A stretch of DNA of 64,000 nucleotides from Candidatus Kapaibacterium sp. (GTDB lineage: Bacteria; Bacteroidota; Ignavibacteria; Kapaibacteriales; UBA2268). The notes under the pieces were generated by a model that was not told where the DNA came from, made no database searches, and was given only the letters and a program-made list of their open reading frames with translations. Positions 29,279-40,234 of this stretch are shown here, one piece after another (within the stretch, counting starts at the first letter, position 1; every line of letters starts with the position of its first letter). The DNA is taken from assembly GCA_963665665.1 (NCBI GenBank), contig OY762428.1:3520001-3584000 (forward strand). The letters are read 5' to 3'. The position numbers were made by a program, and so were the translations under genes.

Positions 29279-31822
29279 TCAGGCTAAAAAATCTGCTGCT
29301 ATTTTATCGAAATTATCCAATGTATCCTGAAGTTTGGAAACATCTTTTCCTCCGGCTGTTGCCATGTGGGGCTTTCCGCCACCTCCGCCGCCAAGCTGCC
29401 TGGCTGCAAGGCCAATTAGTTTACCGGCAGGTGCTTTTTTCTTCAGGTCATCGGTCACAGTGCAGACAAGTTGAACTTTGTCTTCGGATGCTATTGCGAG
29501 AAGGGCAATGCCGTTATTAGCAAGTTTATTCCTGATTTCATCGGCAAGCGTTCTAAGTTCGTCCACGCTCTCCATTTCAAGTTTAGCAGTTAGTATTTTT
29601 ACATCGCCGACAGTTTTAGCATTATTTATCATTTCATCGATTCCGCCCTTCGCATCCTGGCTTCTCAGGCCGGAAATCTCTTTTTCAAGCTGTTTAATTT
29701 TTGCGAAAAGCTCATCTTTCTGTTTCAAAGTGTCGTTTATCTTTTCCTGCTGGTTAAATATATATTCTTCAACGCCTTTTCCTGTTACGGCTTCAATACG
29801 CCTGATTCCGGCTGCAATGGACGATTCGGAAGTAATTTTCAGCAGCCCGATCTCGGCAGTGTTCTTCACGTGAGTGCCACCGCAAAGTTCCATCGAGAAA
29901 TTTTTATCCATTGTGATCACACGTACTTCATCGCCATATTTATCTCCGAAGAACATCTTGATTTTCCCGTTCTTCTGTGCTTCTTCAATAGATAAGACTT
30001 TTGTATCAACGTATATGTTTTCCAGGATTTTCTGATTAACCATTTTTTCAATCTTGGTGATTTCTTCTTCGCTTACTTTTTCGAAGTGATTAAAATCGAA
30101 ACGGAGGTAATCAGGTGCAACGAGCGACCCGGCCTGCTTAACATGGTTGCCGAGAGTTTCCCTGAGCGCTTCATGCAGAAGGTGAGTGGCAGAGTGGTTG
30201 CGCATAATGTGGCGCCGTCTTTCTTCGTCGACACTTGCTACTGCCATTGATCCGACAAGATTTTCCACATCACGGTCGCAGATATGTATAAAGGCTTCAC
30301 CAGATTTTTTCACATCCACAACTTCGTACTCGTTTCCGGCAAGAATAATTTTCCCGGTATCGGAAATCTGCCCGCCGCTTTCAGCATAGAAAGGAGTTTT
30401 GTCAAGGACAACCTGGTTTTCATGAACGTATAACACTTTTCCTTCGGCTGTAAGTTCATCATAACCCAGAAATTCTGTTGATGCATCAACAACAGGAAGT
30501 TCAACTTCTGCCGACTGTACTTTTCTCGCTGCACGGGAACGTTCCTTTTGTTCTTTCATGTTTTTGTCAAAACCTGCAGTATCGACTGTGTAGCCTCTCT
30601 CGCGGGCAATAAGTTCTGTCAAGTCAAGAGGAAAACCGAAAGTATCATAGAGCAGGAATGCTTCCGATCCCGGAATTTCCTTTTCGTCGCCAAGCCCGGA
30701 AATAATCGTTTCGATTTTTTCGAGTCCGCGTTCCAGTGTTTGAAGGAAACTTTCCTCTTCGCCTTTAATTACTTTCTCGATAACAACTTTCTGTTCCAAC
30801 AGTTCAGGAAATACATCGCCCATGTTATCAAACAATATGGGAAGAAGTTTGTATATAACAGGTTCGGTAAATCCAAGATTTCTTGCAAACCTGCATCCGC
30901 GACGAAGAATTCTTCTCAGAACATATCCGCGCCCCTCGTTCCCCGGCAAGGCTCCGTCGGCAATAGCAAAGGATAATGTTCTTACATGGTCGGCTATAAC
31001 CCTCATTGCAATAGAATCAGGATCAGTCAGGCCTCCATTATATTTTTTGCCCGACATTTCTTCTATTTTGTTAATGATCGGCATGAAAATATCAGTATCA
31101 TAGTTTGATTCTTTATTCTGTAACACAGCGCAGATTCTTTCGAATCCCATGCCAGTATCAACATGTTTAGACGTGAGGTCTTCCAGGCTGCCGTCTTTCT
31201 TCCTGTTATACTGAATAAACACCAGGTTCCATATTTCAATTACTTCAGGAACCCCGGCATTAACAAGGCTTGCCCCTGAAAGATCGGGAGTATTGTCGTA
31301 GTGCACTTCAGAACATGGTCCGCAGGGGCCTGTATCACCCATCTCCCAGAAATTGTCTTTTTCGTCAAAGCGCTGGATTCTTTCTTCAGGAAGGTATTTT
31401 TTCCATATTTCAAAAGCTTCGTCGTCCGTACGGAAAACTGTGGCGTATAGCCTTTCTTTTTCAAGTTTCCATACTTCAGTCAGCAGTTCCCATGCCCAGG
31501 CAATTGCTTCTTCTTTATAATAATCACCAAAACTCCAATTGCCAAGCATTTCAAAAAATGTATGGTGATAAGTATCAACACCAACTTCTTCAAGGTCATT
31601 GTGCTTGCCACTAACGCGTATACATTTCTGTGTATCGGCGGCGCGGGTATAGTCGCGCTTGCCGGCACCGAGAAAAACATCCTTGAATTGGTTCATACCT
31701 GCGTTTGTAAATAATAATGTCGGGTCTCCGTGCGGGATAACCGGGGCGCTTGGAACTATCCTGTGATCTTTTGATTTAAAAAAGTCAAAAAACTGCTGTC
31801 TTATTTCCCTTGAACTTGTCAT
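29279..31822 (-). CDS. alaS: Alanine--tRNA ligase
   Basis: TLLFTNAGMNQFK, HHTFFEMLGNWSFGDY, NHSATHLLH, ELCGGTHV, GGGGGK. Confidence 0.98.
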   Translation of the reverse strand: MTSSREIRQQFFDFFKSKDHRIVPSAPVIPHGDPTLLFTNAGMNQFKDVFLGAGKRDYTRAADTQKCIRVSGKHNDLEEVGVDTYHHTFFEMLGNWSFGDYYKEEAIAWAWELLTEVWKLEKERLYATVFRTDDEAFEIWKKYLPEERIQRFDEKDNFWEMGDTGPCGPCSEVHYDNTPDLSGASLVNAGVPEVIEIWNLVFIQYNRKKDGSLEDLTSKHVDTGMGFERICAVLQNKESNYDTDIFMPIINKIEEMSGKKYNGGLTDPDSIAMRVIADHVRTLSFAIADGALPGNEGRGYVLRRILRRGCRFARNLGFTEPVIYKLLPILFDNMGDVFPELLEQKVVIEKVIKGEEESFLQTLERGLEKIETIISGLGDEKEIPGSEAFLLYDTFGFPLDLTELIARERGYTVDTAGFDKNMKEQKERSRAARKVQSAEVELPVVDASTEFLGYDELTAEGKVLYVHENQVVLDKTPFYAESGGQISDTGKIILAGNEYEVVDVKKSGEAFIHICDRDVENLVGSMAVASVDEERRRHIMRNHSATHLLHEALRETLGNHVKQAGSLVAPDYLRFDFNHFEKVSEEEITKIEKMVNQKILENIYVDTKVLSIEEAQKNGKIKMFFGDKYGDEVRVITMDKNFSMELCGGTHVKNTAEIGLLKITSESSIAAGIRRIEAVTGKGVEEYIFNQQEKINDTLKQKDELFAKIKQLEKEISGLRSQDAKGGIDEMINNAKTVGDVKILTAKLEMESVDELRTLADEIRNKLANNGIALLAIASEDKVQLVCTVTDDLKKKAPAGKLIGLAARQLGGGGGGKPHMATAGGKDVSKLQDTLDNFDKIAADFLA

Positions 31823-32042
31823 ATCTTATCCTGCAATATTTACTTTCAATATAATATTTTACAAAATTAATAACTTATATTGATAATTACTCATATAATT
31901 TTTGTCAATCGGCTATCCAAATAATTATTCATAGCGAACAATTAATTCAAAATTTAATCCTCATAAACTGCCGGAAATATTTTAATTCAGTAAGTTTTAT
32001 TAATTTGCGATAATGTTTTTTTATGATTCCGGAGAGAAAGTA

Positions 32043-33215
32043 ATGCAAAATTTTATATATAATATGCCAACGAAGATATTCTTCGGCCAGGGCTCGATTG
32101 ATAATTTACCCGAGGCGTTGAATGAAACAGGTACTAAAAAAGTTTTAGTATTATATGGTGGTGGCAGTATTAAAAAGAATGGAGTATATGAAGATGTCAT
32201 TAATCAATTGAAAAAATCAGATGTTGAGTATTTCGAGATGTCAGGCATCAGGCCAAATCCGGTTGTTGAGGATGTTCTCGGGGCTACTGATATCTGTCGG
32301 AAAAATGATATTGATTTGGTACTTGCTGTTGGTGGTGGTAGTGTTATTGACTCTGCTAAAGCAATTGCTGCTTATACACCTTATGACGGCGATATAATGG
32401 ATGTTCTGACAAATAAAGTCAGGATCAATCCATTAAAAGTAGCTTCTGTTCTTACACTTGCTGCAACCGGATCAGAGATGAATGCCATAAGTGTAATCAG
32501 TGCCGGGGCGAATCATAAGAAATTTGCACTGATTAACCAAAAGCTTTTCCCGGTTTTCTCAATTCTCGATCCGTCTTTTACTACTTCTGTTAACAGGCAT
32601 CACACTGCTGCCGGAGCAGCAGATATTATCAGTCATTGTATGGAGCAGTATTTCCACCCGGAAACAGGAATGGAGGTACAGGACGGTATGAACGAGGGTA
32701 TAATAAGGGCAATTATTAAATACGGACCGATTGCTGTAAATGAACCGGGCAATCTTGCCGCCAGGTCGGCAATTATGTGGGGAGCAACTATGGCATTTGC
32801 CGGTTATCAACTTTTGCTTGGCAAGCCCAATCCTTCCTTTCCTATACATACTCTTGCTCACGAACTTTCCAGTATGTATGATATGACACACGGCCTTTCC
32901 CTTGCACTGATAACACCCGCGTGGATGAAATATACAATGGAAAAATCTCCTGATTATATTTATGTTTTTGCAAATTTCGCCAGGAATGTATTTGGTATAA
33001 ATATAAATGATGAAAATAAAGCAGCCAGCAGGGGAATCAAAGAATTAAGAATATTCTATGATCAACTTGGAATACCTGCCGGTTTGAAAGAAGCCGGAGT
33101 TAATGAAGATGATATCGAAATACTTGCAAAAAGGGCAACAGAATCAAGAAAACCAGGAGCATTGGCGCTTATTGATTATAATGCCGCATTGCAAATATTT
33201 AAAAATTCACTTTGA
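32043..33215 (+). CDS. Iron-containing alcohol dehydrogenase (butanol dehydrogenase/YqhD-like)
   Basis: YGGGSIKKNG, AVGGGSVIDSAK, TLAATGSEMN, DIISH, HTLAHE, THG. Confidence 0.92.
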   Translation: MQNFIYNMPTKIFFGQGSIDNLPEALNETGTKKVLVLYGGGSIKKNGVYEDVINQLKKSDVEYFEMSGIRPNPVVEDVLGATDICRKNDIDLVLAVGGGSVIDSAKAIAAYTPYDGDIMDVLTNKVRINPLKVASVLTLAATGSEMNAISVISAGANHKKFALINQKLFPVFSILDPSFTTSVNRHHTAAGAADIISHCMEQYFHPETGMEVQDGMNEGIIRAIIKYGPIAVNEPGNLAARSAIMWGATMAFAGYQLLLGKPNPSFPIHTLAHELSSMYDMTHGLSLALITPAWMKYTMEKSPDYIYVFANFARNVFGININDENKAASRGIKELRIFYDQLGIPAGLKEAGVNEDDIEILAKRATESRKPGALALIDYNAALQIFKNSL

Positions 33216-33239
33216 TTTATAAATTTTAATTGTTTTACA

Positions 33240-33274
33240 AATGAGGATTGATTATTTTAAATTCAATCCTCATT
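33240..33274. terminator. Hairpin between the dehydrogenase and lipoprotein genes
   Basis: aatgaggattga...tcaatcctcatt followed by T residues. Confidence 0.5.
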
Positions 33275-33312
33275 TTGACTAAGGGGTTAATGAAATTATA
33301 TCAGGGGTTTAC

Positions 33313-35733
33313 ATGAAAAATATGTTAAAAAAAGGTTTCAATGCAACACTAATGATTTTGATTCTCATAGCTTTTATCGCTTGTGAGGAATCAGACGATT
33401 CAACTGACAATAACAAATCAAATTTGATTCAGACCGGAGATTTCAAAGTACTGTCGGAAAGTTCACTCGGAAGTTCAGGAGGAGACATTGTAGTAAGCGA
33501 TGCTGAAAGCTCCCTTGACGGCATGACCGTCAGTGCTCCGGACGGTGCTTTAAGCTCAACAAAGGAGTTCGAAGTTTCATCGGCAGAAATTGAAGGCCAC
33601 TCACTCGGAGAAAGATTCAATCCCGTAACTCCGCTTATAAGGATTAAAAACGGGGGCGAATACGCAGATGGCCCGATATTTATTGATATTCCGATAGAAA
33701 TTTCCGAAGATGAAATTCCTGCTGCTTTCTTTTTCGATGACGTTAAAGGAAACCTTGAAGTTATTCCTGTGCTTAAATACACAACAGAAAATGTTATTAT
33801 TGCTACCAGGCATTTTGCGACATCGGGAATGTATGGAAATCAATCTTCAGGCAAAATCAGGATTTTCAATGATGACTTATATGCAAATATCGTTATTTCC
33901 TCTGTAAAAAAATCAGACCTGGAAAAAGCCGGCGTATTAAACTCCGGATTTGAACCTGGCAAGGACGACTGGGAATTCCCAAATTACGGCTCTTATATCG
34001 AAAAAGGCGGTAACTGCTCCGGGCATAGCATATCTTCATTATGGTATTATGTAATGAAAAAGCCCTCTACTGATAAACAGCTTAACGGACAGTTTGATAG
34101 AACAGGGGGTAATATCTGGCAGGACAACCCGCTTGGAATCAGAATGGTGACTAAAACACAGAATGAGCAGGGATCATATTGGCATAAAATATGGGATGAT
34201 TTTAACTCTGAAATTGCAGGCACTTATGATTATGGCAGTGATTTCTACAAGGAATACCACAAGGTTGCATGGAATGCAGCTGCAGCCCAGATGTATGTTT
34301 CCGGTAAGCCCATGTACACTATCGTGTCTCAGGATGCAGGAGATTCTCATGCTGTAATAGCCTACAAAATTGATTATTCAGGTGGTAAAATATATCTTGC
34401 CGACCCGAATTTTCCGGGGAATAAAAGCCGAATGATCCAAAAAACAGGCGATAATCTCCAGCCTTACCAGTCCGGCGATAATGCCAACGATCCCGATGCC
34501 GTAAACTACACGGAATTTGCTTTCTTTGGTATGTCGGCAATGTATAACTGGAGCAAAATGGAAATCCGCTGGGCGGCACTTGAAAACAAAACAATTGGCA
34601 ACGATCTGTTCCCCACGCTGGAATACACGCTCAGTGGCCCTGAGGGAGAATCAGAACTGGGAGAGTCAATTCCTTTTGATACTGAAAATGATTATGCCAT
34701 TGCCTGCAGGGTAACTCCCCGCACCGGTGCGCCATTCGACGGCGGAGTGATAGTTTACAACGGGGAAACCAACATTGCGCAGAACGATGATAGTAAATGG
34801 GCGAACCTGTCAATGACAAATGAAGAAAACAATAAAACCCTTGGCATCTGGGTTTGGCAGATGAACGACGGCGTAAAAGAATGGATTGATTTCCGGTGGG
34901 TTTCAGTTTCCGAATTAAGAATTGAACCTGATGTTTTGAACGGAGAAAAAGACCAGGAATACGAATGGGAAGCCGTTATTGCCAACCCGCCGGCAAACGC
35001 CCGTTATGAATGGAACTTCGGGGACGGCAGTGCCACTGAAATTGTTAAGAATAATAAAAAAGTAAGCCACACATATAAGGAAAACGGGGTATTTCCGGTT
35101 ATTCTTGAACTTTATGACGATGCAAGTGGCCAGTTTGCAGGTGTAGCCACTGCCTATGCAAATATTGGTGCAGGATTTATTGATAGTACCTACCAGGAAG
35201 AACTCTATTGGCTTTATCCTGTTGATGAAGACCCAACACTCGTTGTTGATGTGAACGGCGTTGTTAACGCCCCCGAATTAGAGTTCATGAATGTTTATCG
35301 TTCAACAGGTGGTGTGCCTACAATGTATATCTATAAAGCTAAGAGCGGCGGTGAATTCAATATTGAACTCAATATCGATCATAGCTTTAAAACAAAGAAA
35401 ATGAGCTACGAAACAGGCCAGTATTACGGCGTTTTCAAATACGACTGGGAATTTGAAACCGTCCACGACAATCTGACTTCATTTATTAATGACGGTTCAG
35501 ATAATCTTACTAATATCAATATCACAAAAAATGACAGTACTGGCAAAAGATACGTCCTGAGGGGAACAGTTCCCAAGGACAAGGATGTAAATTTGATGCT
35601 AATTATTTATGCGAAGTATAAATATCTCGAGAAGGAATATTACCGTGAAGACGATGGTACCGAGACAACCAATACTTATGATGAAGACGGACAGTGGCAC
35701 ACTGTAGCAATATCAATTCAATTTAAGAAATAA
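33313..35733 (+). CDS. Large lipoprotein with putative papain-like Cys-His-Asp core and PKD domain
   Basis: Lipobox FIAC; GGNCSG...SHAVIAY...YLADPNFP; PKD motif YEWNFGDG...SHTYKENGVF. Confidence 0.75.
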   Translation: MKNMLKKGFNATLMILILIAFIACEESDDSTDNNKSNLIQTGDFKVLSESSLGSSGGDIVVSDAESSLDGMTVSAPDGALSSTKEFEVSSAEIEGHSLGERFNPVTPLIRIKNGGEYADGPIFIDIPIEISEDEIPAAFFFDDVKGNLEVIPVLKYTTENVIIATRHFATSGMYGNQSSGKIRIFNDDLYANIVISSVKKSDLEKAGVLNSGFEPGKDDWEFPNYGSYIEKGGNCSGHSISSLWYYVMKKPSTDKQLNGQFDRTGGNIWQDNPLGIRMVTKTQNEQGSYWHKIWDDFNSEIAGTYDYGSDFYKEYHKVAWNAAAAQMYVSGKPMYTIVSQDAGDSHAVIAYKIDYSGGKIYLADPNFPGNKSRMIQKTGDNLQPYQSGDNANDPDAVNYTEFAFFGMSAMYNWSKMEIRWAALENKTIGNDLFPTLEYTLSGPEGESELGESIPFDTENDYAIACRVTPRTGAPFDGGVIVYNGETNIAQNDDSKWANLSMTNEENNKTLGIWVWQMNDGVKEWIDFRWVSVSELRIEPDVLNGEKDQEYEWEAVIANPPANARYEWNFGDGSATEIVKNNKKVSHTYKENGVFPVILELYDDASGQFAGVATAYANIGAGFIDSTYQEELYWLYPVDEDPTLVVDVNGVVNAPELEFMNVYRSTGGVPTMYIYKAKSGGEFNIELNIDHSFKTKKMSYETGQYYGVFKYDWEFETVHDNLTSFINDGSDNLTNINITKNDSTGKRYVLRGTVPKDKDVNLMLIIYAKYKYLEKEYYREDDGTETTNTYDEDGQWHTVAISIQFKK

Positions 35734-35765
35734 TATAAATATTTAATTTTGAGAATAAAATAATT

Positions 35766-35792
35766 CATCCGATCACTTCAAGTGATCGGATG
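35766..35792. repeat. Palindrome between convergent genes (family with 24294); likely terminator
   Basis: catccgatcacttcaagtgatcggatg followed by aatttttc. Confidence 0.7.
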
Positions 35793-35844
35793 AATTTTTC
35801 TTTGCAAACTTTCCAAAGGTTTTTCAATTTACCACAAATCATTA

Positions 35845-36849
35845 TCAGTCTTTCCTGATAACCACCAGGCCTTCATCTTCATCGGCAATGTATATATAGT
35901 TGCCCTTTATATCAATACCCATGGCGTATTTTGTTTCTACTGAACCTGATAGTAGAGGATTCATCGGATCAACAACCGAAAATACTTTCAAACCTCTTGT
36001 TTCAGTAGTCATATAAACAAGTCCGTTGCTGTACAAAATTTCTTTAGCATATCCACCCGGATCGTAGGATGCAATATGTTCCGGGTTTTCTTTATCTGTG
36101 ATATCTACAACCTGCAGTCCGAGAGTTCCGCAGGCAGCATATACTTTGTTGTTAGTTTCATCCACAGTAATATCATTGCAGTAGCCGGGCAGGTCAACCC
36201 AGCCGATACGCAGAGCGGCTGATGTAGTGTATGCGTCCTCCACCTGGCTGATATCGTAAATAGCAAGGCCCATTTCACCAACAGCAACATACATGTAATT
36301 TCCGTCAGAGCTTGATTTAAGGCTCTGGCAATATCCGGGCGTACCAACCTGTCCGCCGGCATCGGGGAACATTACATTGGAAATATCGGCAGCCTTGAAA
36401 CCCCTTTCGCTGGTAGCAGTGAAAAGGATATTATCTTTAATGCAGAAATTCATAGCCGGGCTGATAGAAGTAAGGTTAGCATCAATATCTATGGGCCTGA
36501 CAGGATCGCTAATGTCAATCACATTTACACCAAATCCTCCTGCTGCAAGGTAAACGCCGTTACCGGAATAATCAATTTTTTTTGAGTAACCTCTTAAACC
36601 TGTCAGCAATGAAGACATTGCTAAGGGGTTCTCAGGATCGGATATGTTAAACACCTGAAGGCCTCCTTCTCCCTGGGCCATAAGCACAAGGCTGTCTTTA
36701 ACTATCAGATCCTGGGCATATCCCGGAACCTGTATTTTAGCAACTATAGTATAGCTTCCGGTTATTGTTCCAACATCGTCAGGGTCGCTCGGCTGGATAC
36801 ATGAAACCATAATTGCTGAGATAAGTAGCATTGATAATAGATATTTCAT
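35845..36849 (-). CDS. LVIVD-repeat beta-propeller lipoprotein
   Basis: Lipobox MVSC; repeats GLQVFNISDPENP, GVNVIDISDP, GLQVVDITDKENP. Confidence 0.88.
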   Translation of the reverse strand: MKYLLSMLLISAIMVSCIQPSDPDDVGTITGSYTIVAKIQVPGYAQDLIVKDSLVLMAQGEGGLQVFNISDPENPLAMSSLLTGLRGYSKKIDYSGNGVYLAAGGFGVNVIDISDPVRPIDIDANLTSISPAMNFCIKDNILFTATSERGFKAADISNVMFPDAGGQVGTPGYCQSLKSSSDGNYMYVAVGEMGLAIYDISQVEDAYTTSAALRIGWVDLPGYCNDITVDETNNKVYAACGTLGLQVVDITDKENPEHIASYDPGGYAKEILYSNGLVYMTTETRGLKVFSVVDPMNPLLSGSVETKYAMGIDIKGNYIYIADEDEGLVVIRKD

Positions 36850-36924
36850 TTTTAATGTCCTGTATTTTATTAATATTATTCTTTTTTTTAAAAAACCGGA
36901 TGTATCATTATTCTGATCCTTTGA

Positions 36925-36999
36925 AATTTGTCATTCTGAACGAAGTGAAGAATCCAGTTTTTATATGGGTTTTGGATTCTTCGCTGCGACCGTAATGAC
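36925..36999 (+). repeat. TGTCATTC-family REP/MITE-like element
   Basis: aatttgtcattctgaacgaagtgaagaatcca...tggattcttcgc...aatgac; close reverse complement of 47578-47652. Confidence 0.85.
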
Positions 37000-37035
37000 T
37001 GCTTTTCATGCTTTCGAGACATCCATCTATTGAAA

Positions 37036-38142
37036 CTATAATTTTATCAAATATTCAAAATTCAAACCTACCCTGTACTGGGAAAATTCTTTTTCTTCCT
37101 TTATTGCCTCGTCATTCAAACCTGATTCAGAACCGCTTTGCCTGGTATAATAATCAAATGTAAGGCCAGTGCGGAAGTTCCTGAAAACAGCTTTTGAAAA
37201 ATCAAAGGACAGGTAGTGGATAATATCAGTTCTTCCCGGGTGATACGGATCGTCACTTATCGGCCTTTCCGATGAAAATACGCTGCGGCGGAATTGGTAT
37301 GTAAGATTTGCTTTTGCATCTTTAAGGATTTTTTTTGGTAACTTATATGTAAAGCCTATATTAAACCTTTCATTATCGTACGAGGCATCCGCATCATCGG
37401 CAACAGGGAAGATTTCGCTTACTTCGTCATGAGCTTCAGCATCTGATTTAGTATATCTGAAATAAGCTATCATATTCAATGAGGGCGAAAATCTGTGGTA
37501 TATCTTTCCCTGGAATTCCATATTCTTGCTGTCGTATTCCCTGAAAAATTTATTATGGTAATACCTGAGATATCCTATTGAAGCATATAGAAAAGTTGAG
37601 CTGAATATTTTATATCGCCCTTCCAATTCATATTTGTCCCTGGCAAATTCGAAGGGTTTGAAAGTTTCATCCTTGTATCCGTAAATATCTGTATAATCAA
37701 AATCCCTGTAATGCCTTACGTAATAATCAGGTATTACATCGTAAAGAAAGCCAAGGCGGAATTTCATTGTCTGAAGTTTTACTCCGGCGTTAAACTTATA
37801 CCAGTCTTTGATCGGGTTATTGGCATAATTGTTTGCAGATAGTCCGAGATCGAAATATAGTGTTCGGTTTCTCTTCATTTTAAAGGAAGCATTGTAGGAA
37901 AAATCGCTTCGTATAAAAAAATCATCAAAAGAATTAATATGAAAACGTGCTTCGTCCTCGCCATTTTCATACCTTTCTTTATATTTATCCGAATACCTGA
38001 GTATGTTGTTATCATACATAGGATTTAATTTCAGGCTTAATTCATGCTTGAAATTATCGGCCTTTTTCTTCTTTGATTTTTTTGCAGAAAAAGAAGGTGT
38101 TAAAGTAATAATCAGCAGCAATAATACGATTATATTTTTCAT
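37036..38142 (-). CDS. Putative outer-membrane beta-barrel protein
   Basis: Signal peptide, early YDNNI motif, aromatic-rich alternating strands, terminal YRVGLNFEY strand. Confidence 0.65.
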   Translation of the reverse strand: MKNIIVLLLLIITLTPSFSAKKSKKKKADNFKHELSLKLNPMYDNNILRYSDKYKERYENGEDEARFHINSFDDFFIRSDFSYNASFKMKRNRTLYFDLGLSANNYANNPIKDWYKFNAGVKLQTMKFRLGFLYDVIPDYYVRHYRDFDYTDIYGYKDETFKPFEFARDKYELEGRYKIFSSTFLYASIGYLRYYHNKFFREYDSKNMEFQGKIYHRFSPSLNMIAYFRYTKSDAEAHDEVSEIFPVADDADASYDNERFNIGFTYKLPKKILKDAKANLTYQFRRSVFSSERPISDDPYHPGRTDIIHYLSFDFSKAVFRNFRTGLTFDYYTRQSGSESGLNDEAIKEEKEFSQYRVGLNFEYLIKL

Positions 38143-39038
38143 CTTTTAAGCCTTGTATCCTTTCTCGGGAATAGTATATTGGCAAGTACCGAACCTTTGT
38201 CCTTATCAAGCGGGTAAATCCTGTAAACATGTTTACCCTTTGGCACGTCAATAAGAATTTCTCTTGCCTTGCCCGGAGTTAGTTCGTCATTATCAGCATA
38301 ATATGTTACATCAGACTTAACGCTCGAAAGCTGATATGTGTTTTTTACTTTCCCGTCTTCTTTTACCTGTATCCTGTAATGAACCCGTCCTCTCATATCG
38401 TAGCTGTTTTCCATACGTGTAAGAATCCGTACTTTCGTTGGGCCAATAATTTTGATTTCGAGCGGTTTCTTATATGAAAACCGGTAATACTGGTAAGAAC
38501 CTTCTTTTACGATCAGCTCCACCATTTCTGATTTTGAACTTGGCTCCAGGTCTGTCCATCTCTCTTTTTCTGTTTTACCCTTTTCAAATAAAAACCTTGC
38601 AATAGTTTTTCCCGATGCAGAACTGATCCTGATCTTAATTGTGTGGTAGCCGCGTCCAAGTTTTATTTTAAAAGGTTTATTAACAGACGGCCTGCCAAGA
38701 GATTTTACTTTGAAACGGGATTTTTTTGAAACAGAAGGGCCTTCTATTTTTATAGTTTTGAAAGGGGAACCGTCAACAGAATATTGAATTGTATAACCTT
38801 TTCCTTTAGCACTTTTCAGGATTTCCCTTGTATTCACTTTCAACGTACCGGGGCCGCGAAGGTTCAGCAGGGTCTCCTTCGATGAAGACAGCCTGTAATA
38901 TTTGAATTTTTTTCCGTTAGAAATTACAGTAACAAGCCTGTTCTTTTTGGCAGGTTTTACAGTTTTATACTTTGCCCCGGCAACTGAAAAAAGCATTAAG
39001 GCAGTAAAAACATATATAATTAAATTTCTGATTTTCAT
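38139..39038 (-). CDS. Lys/Arg-rich exported protein with two internally repeated domains
   Basis: Signal peptide; KYYRL...LRGPGTLKVNTR...GRGYHTIKI versus QYYRF...IIGPTKVRILTR...PKGKHVYRI. Confidence 0.75.
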   Translation of the reverse strand: MKIRNLIIYVFTALMLFSVAGAKYKTVKPAKKNRLVTVISNGKKFKYYRLSSSKETLLNLRGPGTLKVNTREILKSAKGKGYTIQYSVDGSPFKTIKIEGPSVSKKSRFKVKSLGRPSVNKPFKIKLGRGYHTIKIRISSASGKTIARFLFEKGKTEKERWTDLEPSSKSEMVELIVKEGSYQYYRFSYKKPLEIKIIGPTKVRILTRMENSYDMRGRVHYRIQVKEDGKVKNTYQLSSVKSDVTYYADNDELTPGKAREILIDVPKGKHVYRIYPLDKDKGSVLANILFPRKDTRLKR

Positions 39039-39121
39039 AACAAATTCACCCTTTTCATTTATTTTCCTTTACCGGAAATACTGTCCGGAACGGTATAATT
39101 AAAATTTTTTGATTCGTTTTT

Positions 39122-40234
39122 TTACAATGTAAAAGTATCGTCGTCATTTTCTAAACCGAATCGTTTCCTGTCCTTATAGACAACGAATCCTAAAATTCCT
39201 GCAAATATAACAGTTACAATCAAAACTACTATAACATTATATTTTTCCCTGGAAAAAATTTCTCCCTCTCCGGGAAGCGGCAGAGGCTCGGGACTTTTAG
39301 GGAGCTTGAATTTATAAAGAAGCCTGTTAATATTCAGCAAATGTATTATCGGAATTCCTCTTTCTCCAAGGATAGTAAGCACACCCCTTGCGGGATAATT
39401 CCTTTCGGGAAGCTGCATTGTCAGGCCGGGTTCAATCATGTCAGAGTTAATAGAACTGCCAAGGCTTGCTATGCCACCGCCGATATTAATATACACATCC
39501 GGGCCGCCCGACCCGCACAGGCTGTCAAAAATTGCAATTCTTTTTGCAACGCTTTCCCGCAAGTCTTTTTCGTATATCATAGGAATATTATTCCTGCTAA
39601 TGGCATCAACAATCATTTCCCTGCCCCTCGGGCTTAATCCGCGGCCAATATCTCTTCCTCCGCCAATTGATGCTGCAACAGAGCGGTGTTTTATTATCCT
39701 GCTATCAAATAGGAACTTCTCCATATCAGGCCAGGTAAAATGGGGATCGTTTGCTCCATAATCCGAAGCTCCGACAGAACTTATTATTATCGGTTCCGCG
39801 CCAATCGTTTCAATTGCAGCTATTGCTGCTATATTCAGTGCCGGGAAAGAACCTGTCATCCCAACGGCAACTTTTGAATTTTTTGTTATACCGGCATCTT
39901 TCAGCATTATTACAACGGCAGCGGCAAAATTGGGATTTGTTGAAGACAACTTCGCCTCAATATCTCCCTGATCAGTGGTTATATGAGTATATTTTTGTCC
40001 TATCAGTGCCGTACCGTTAGGATCGTTTACGTTATCAATAAAAATTCCCTTTTCCAGCCTGTGCTCTTTAATTGCTTCCCTTGCCTTATCCGCTGTTTCC
40101 GCGGCTGCAAGCATCGCATTATAATATTCAGGCTTTACATTTTCGCGGCTGTATTCAACAATCAGGAAAGCCCCGATAGCGAGCGCCGCCAAAACTGCAA
40201 GAACAATATTCGATCTTAAACTAATCATCATCAA
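39122..40234 (-). CDS. pgsW: Poly-gamma-glutamate system protein
   Basis: DPNGTALIG...ITTDQGDIEAKLSSTNPNFAA, GSFPALNIA, SSVGASDYGAN, INIGG; N- and C-terminal TM helices; follows pgsC. Confidence 0.85.
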   Translation of the reverse strand: MMMISLRSNIVLAVLAALAIGAFLIVEYSRENVKPEYYNAMLAAAETADKAREAIKEHRLEKGIFIDNVNDPNGTALIGQKYTHITTDQGDIEAKLSSTNPNFAAAVVIMLKDAGITKNSKVAVGMTGSFPALNIAAIAAIETIGAEPIIISSVGASDYGANDPHFTWPDMEKFLFDSRIIKHRSVAASIGGGRDIGRGLSPRGREMIVDAISRNNIPMIYEKDLRESVAKRIAIFDSLCGSGGPDVYINIGGGIASLGSSINSDMIEPGLTMQLPERNYPARGVLTILGERGIPIIHLLNINRLLYKFKLPKSPEPLPLPGEGEIFSREKYNVIVVLIVTVIFAGILGFVVYKDRKRFGLENDDDTFTL

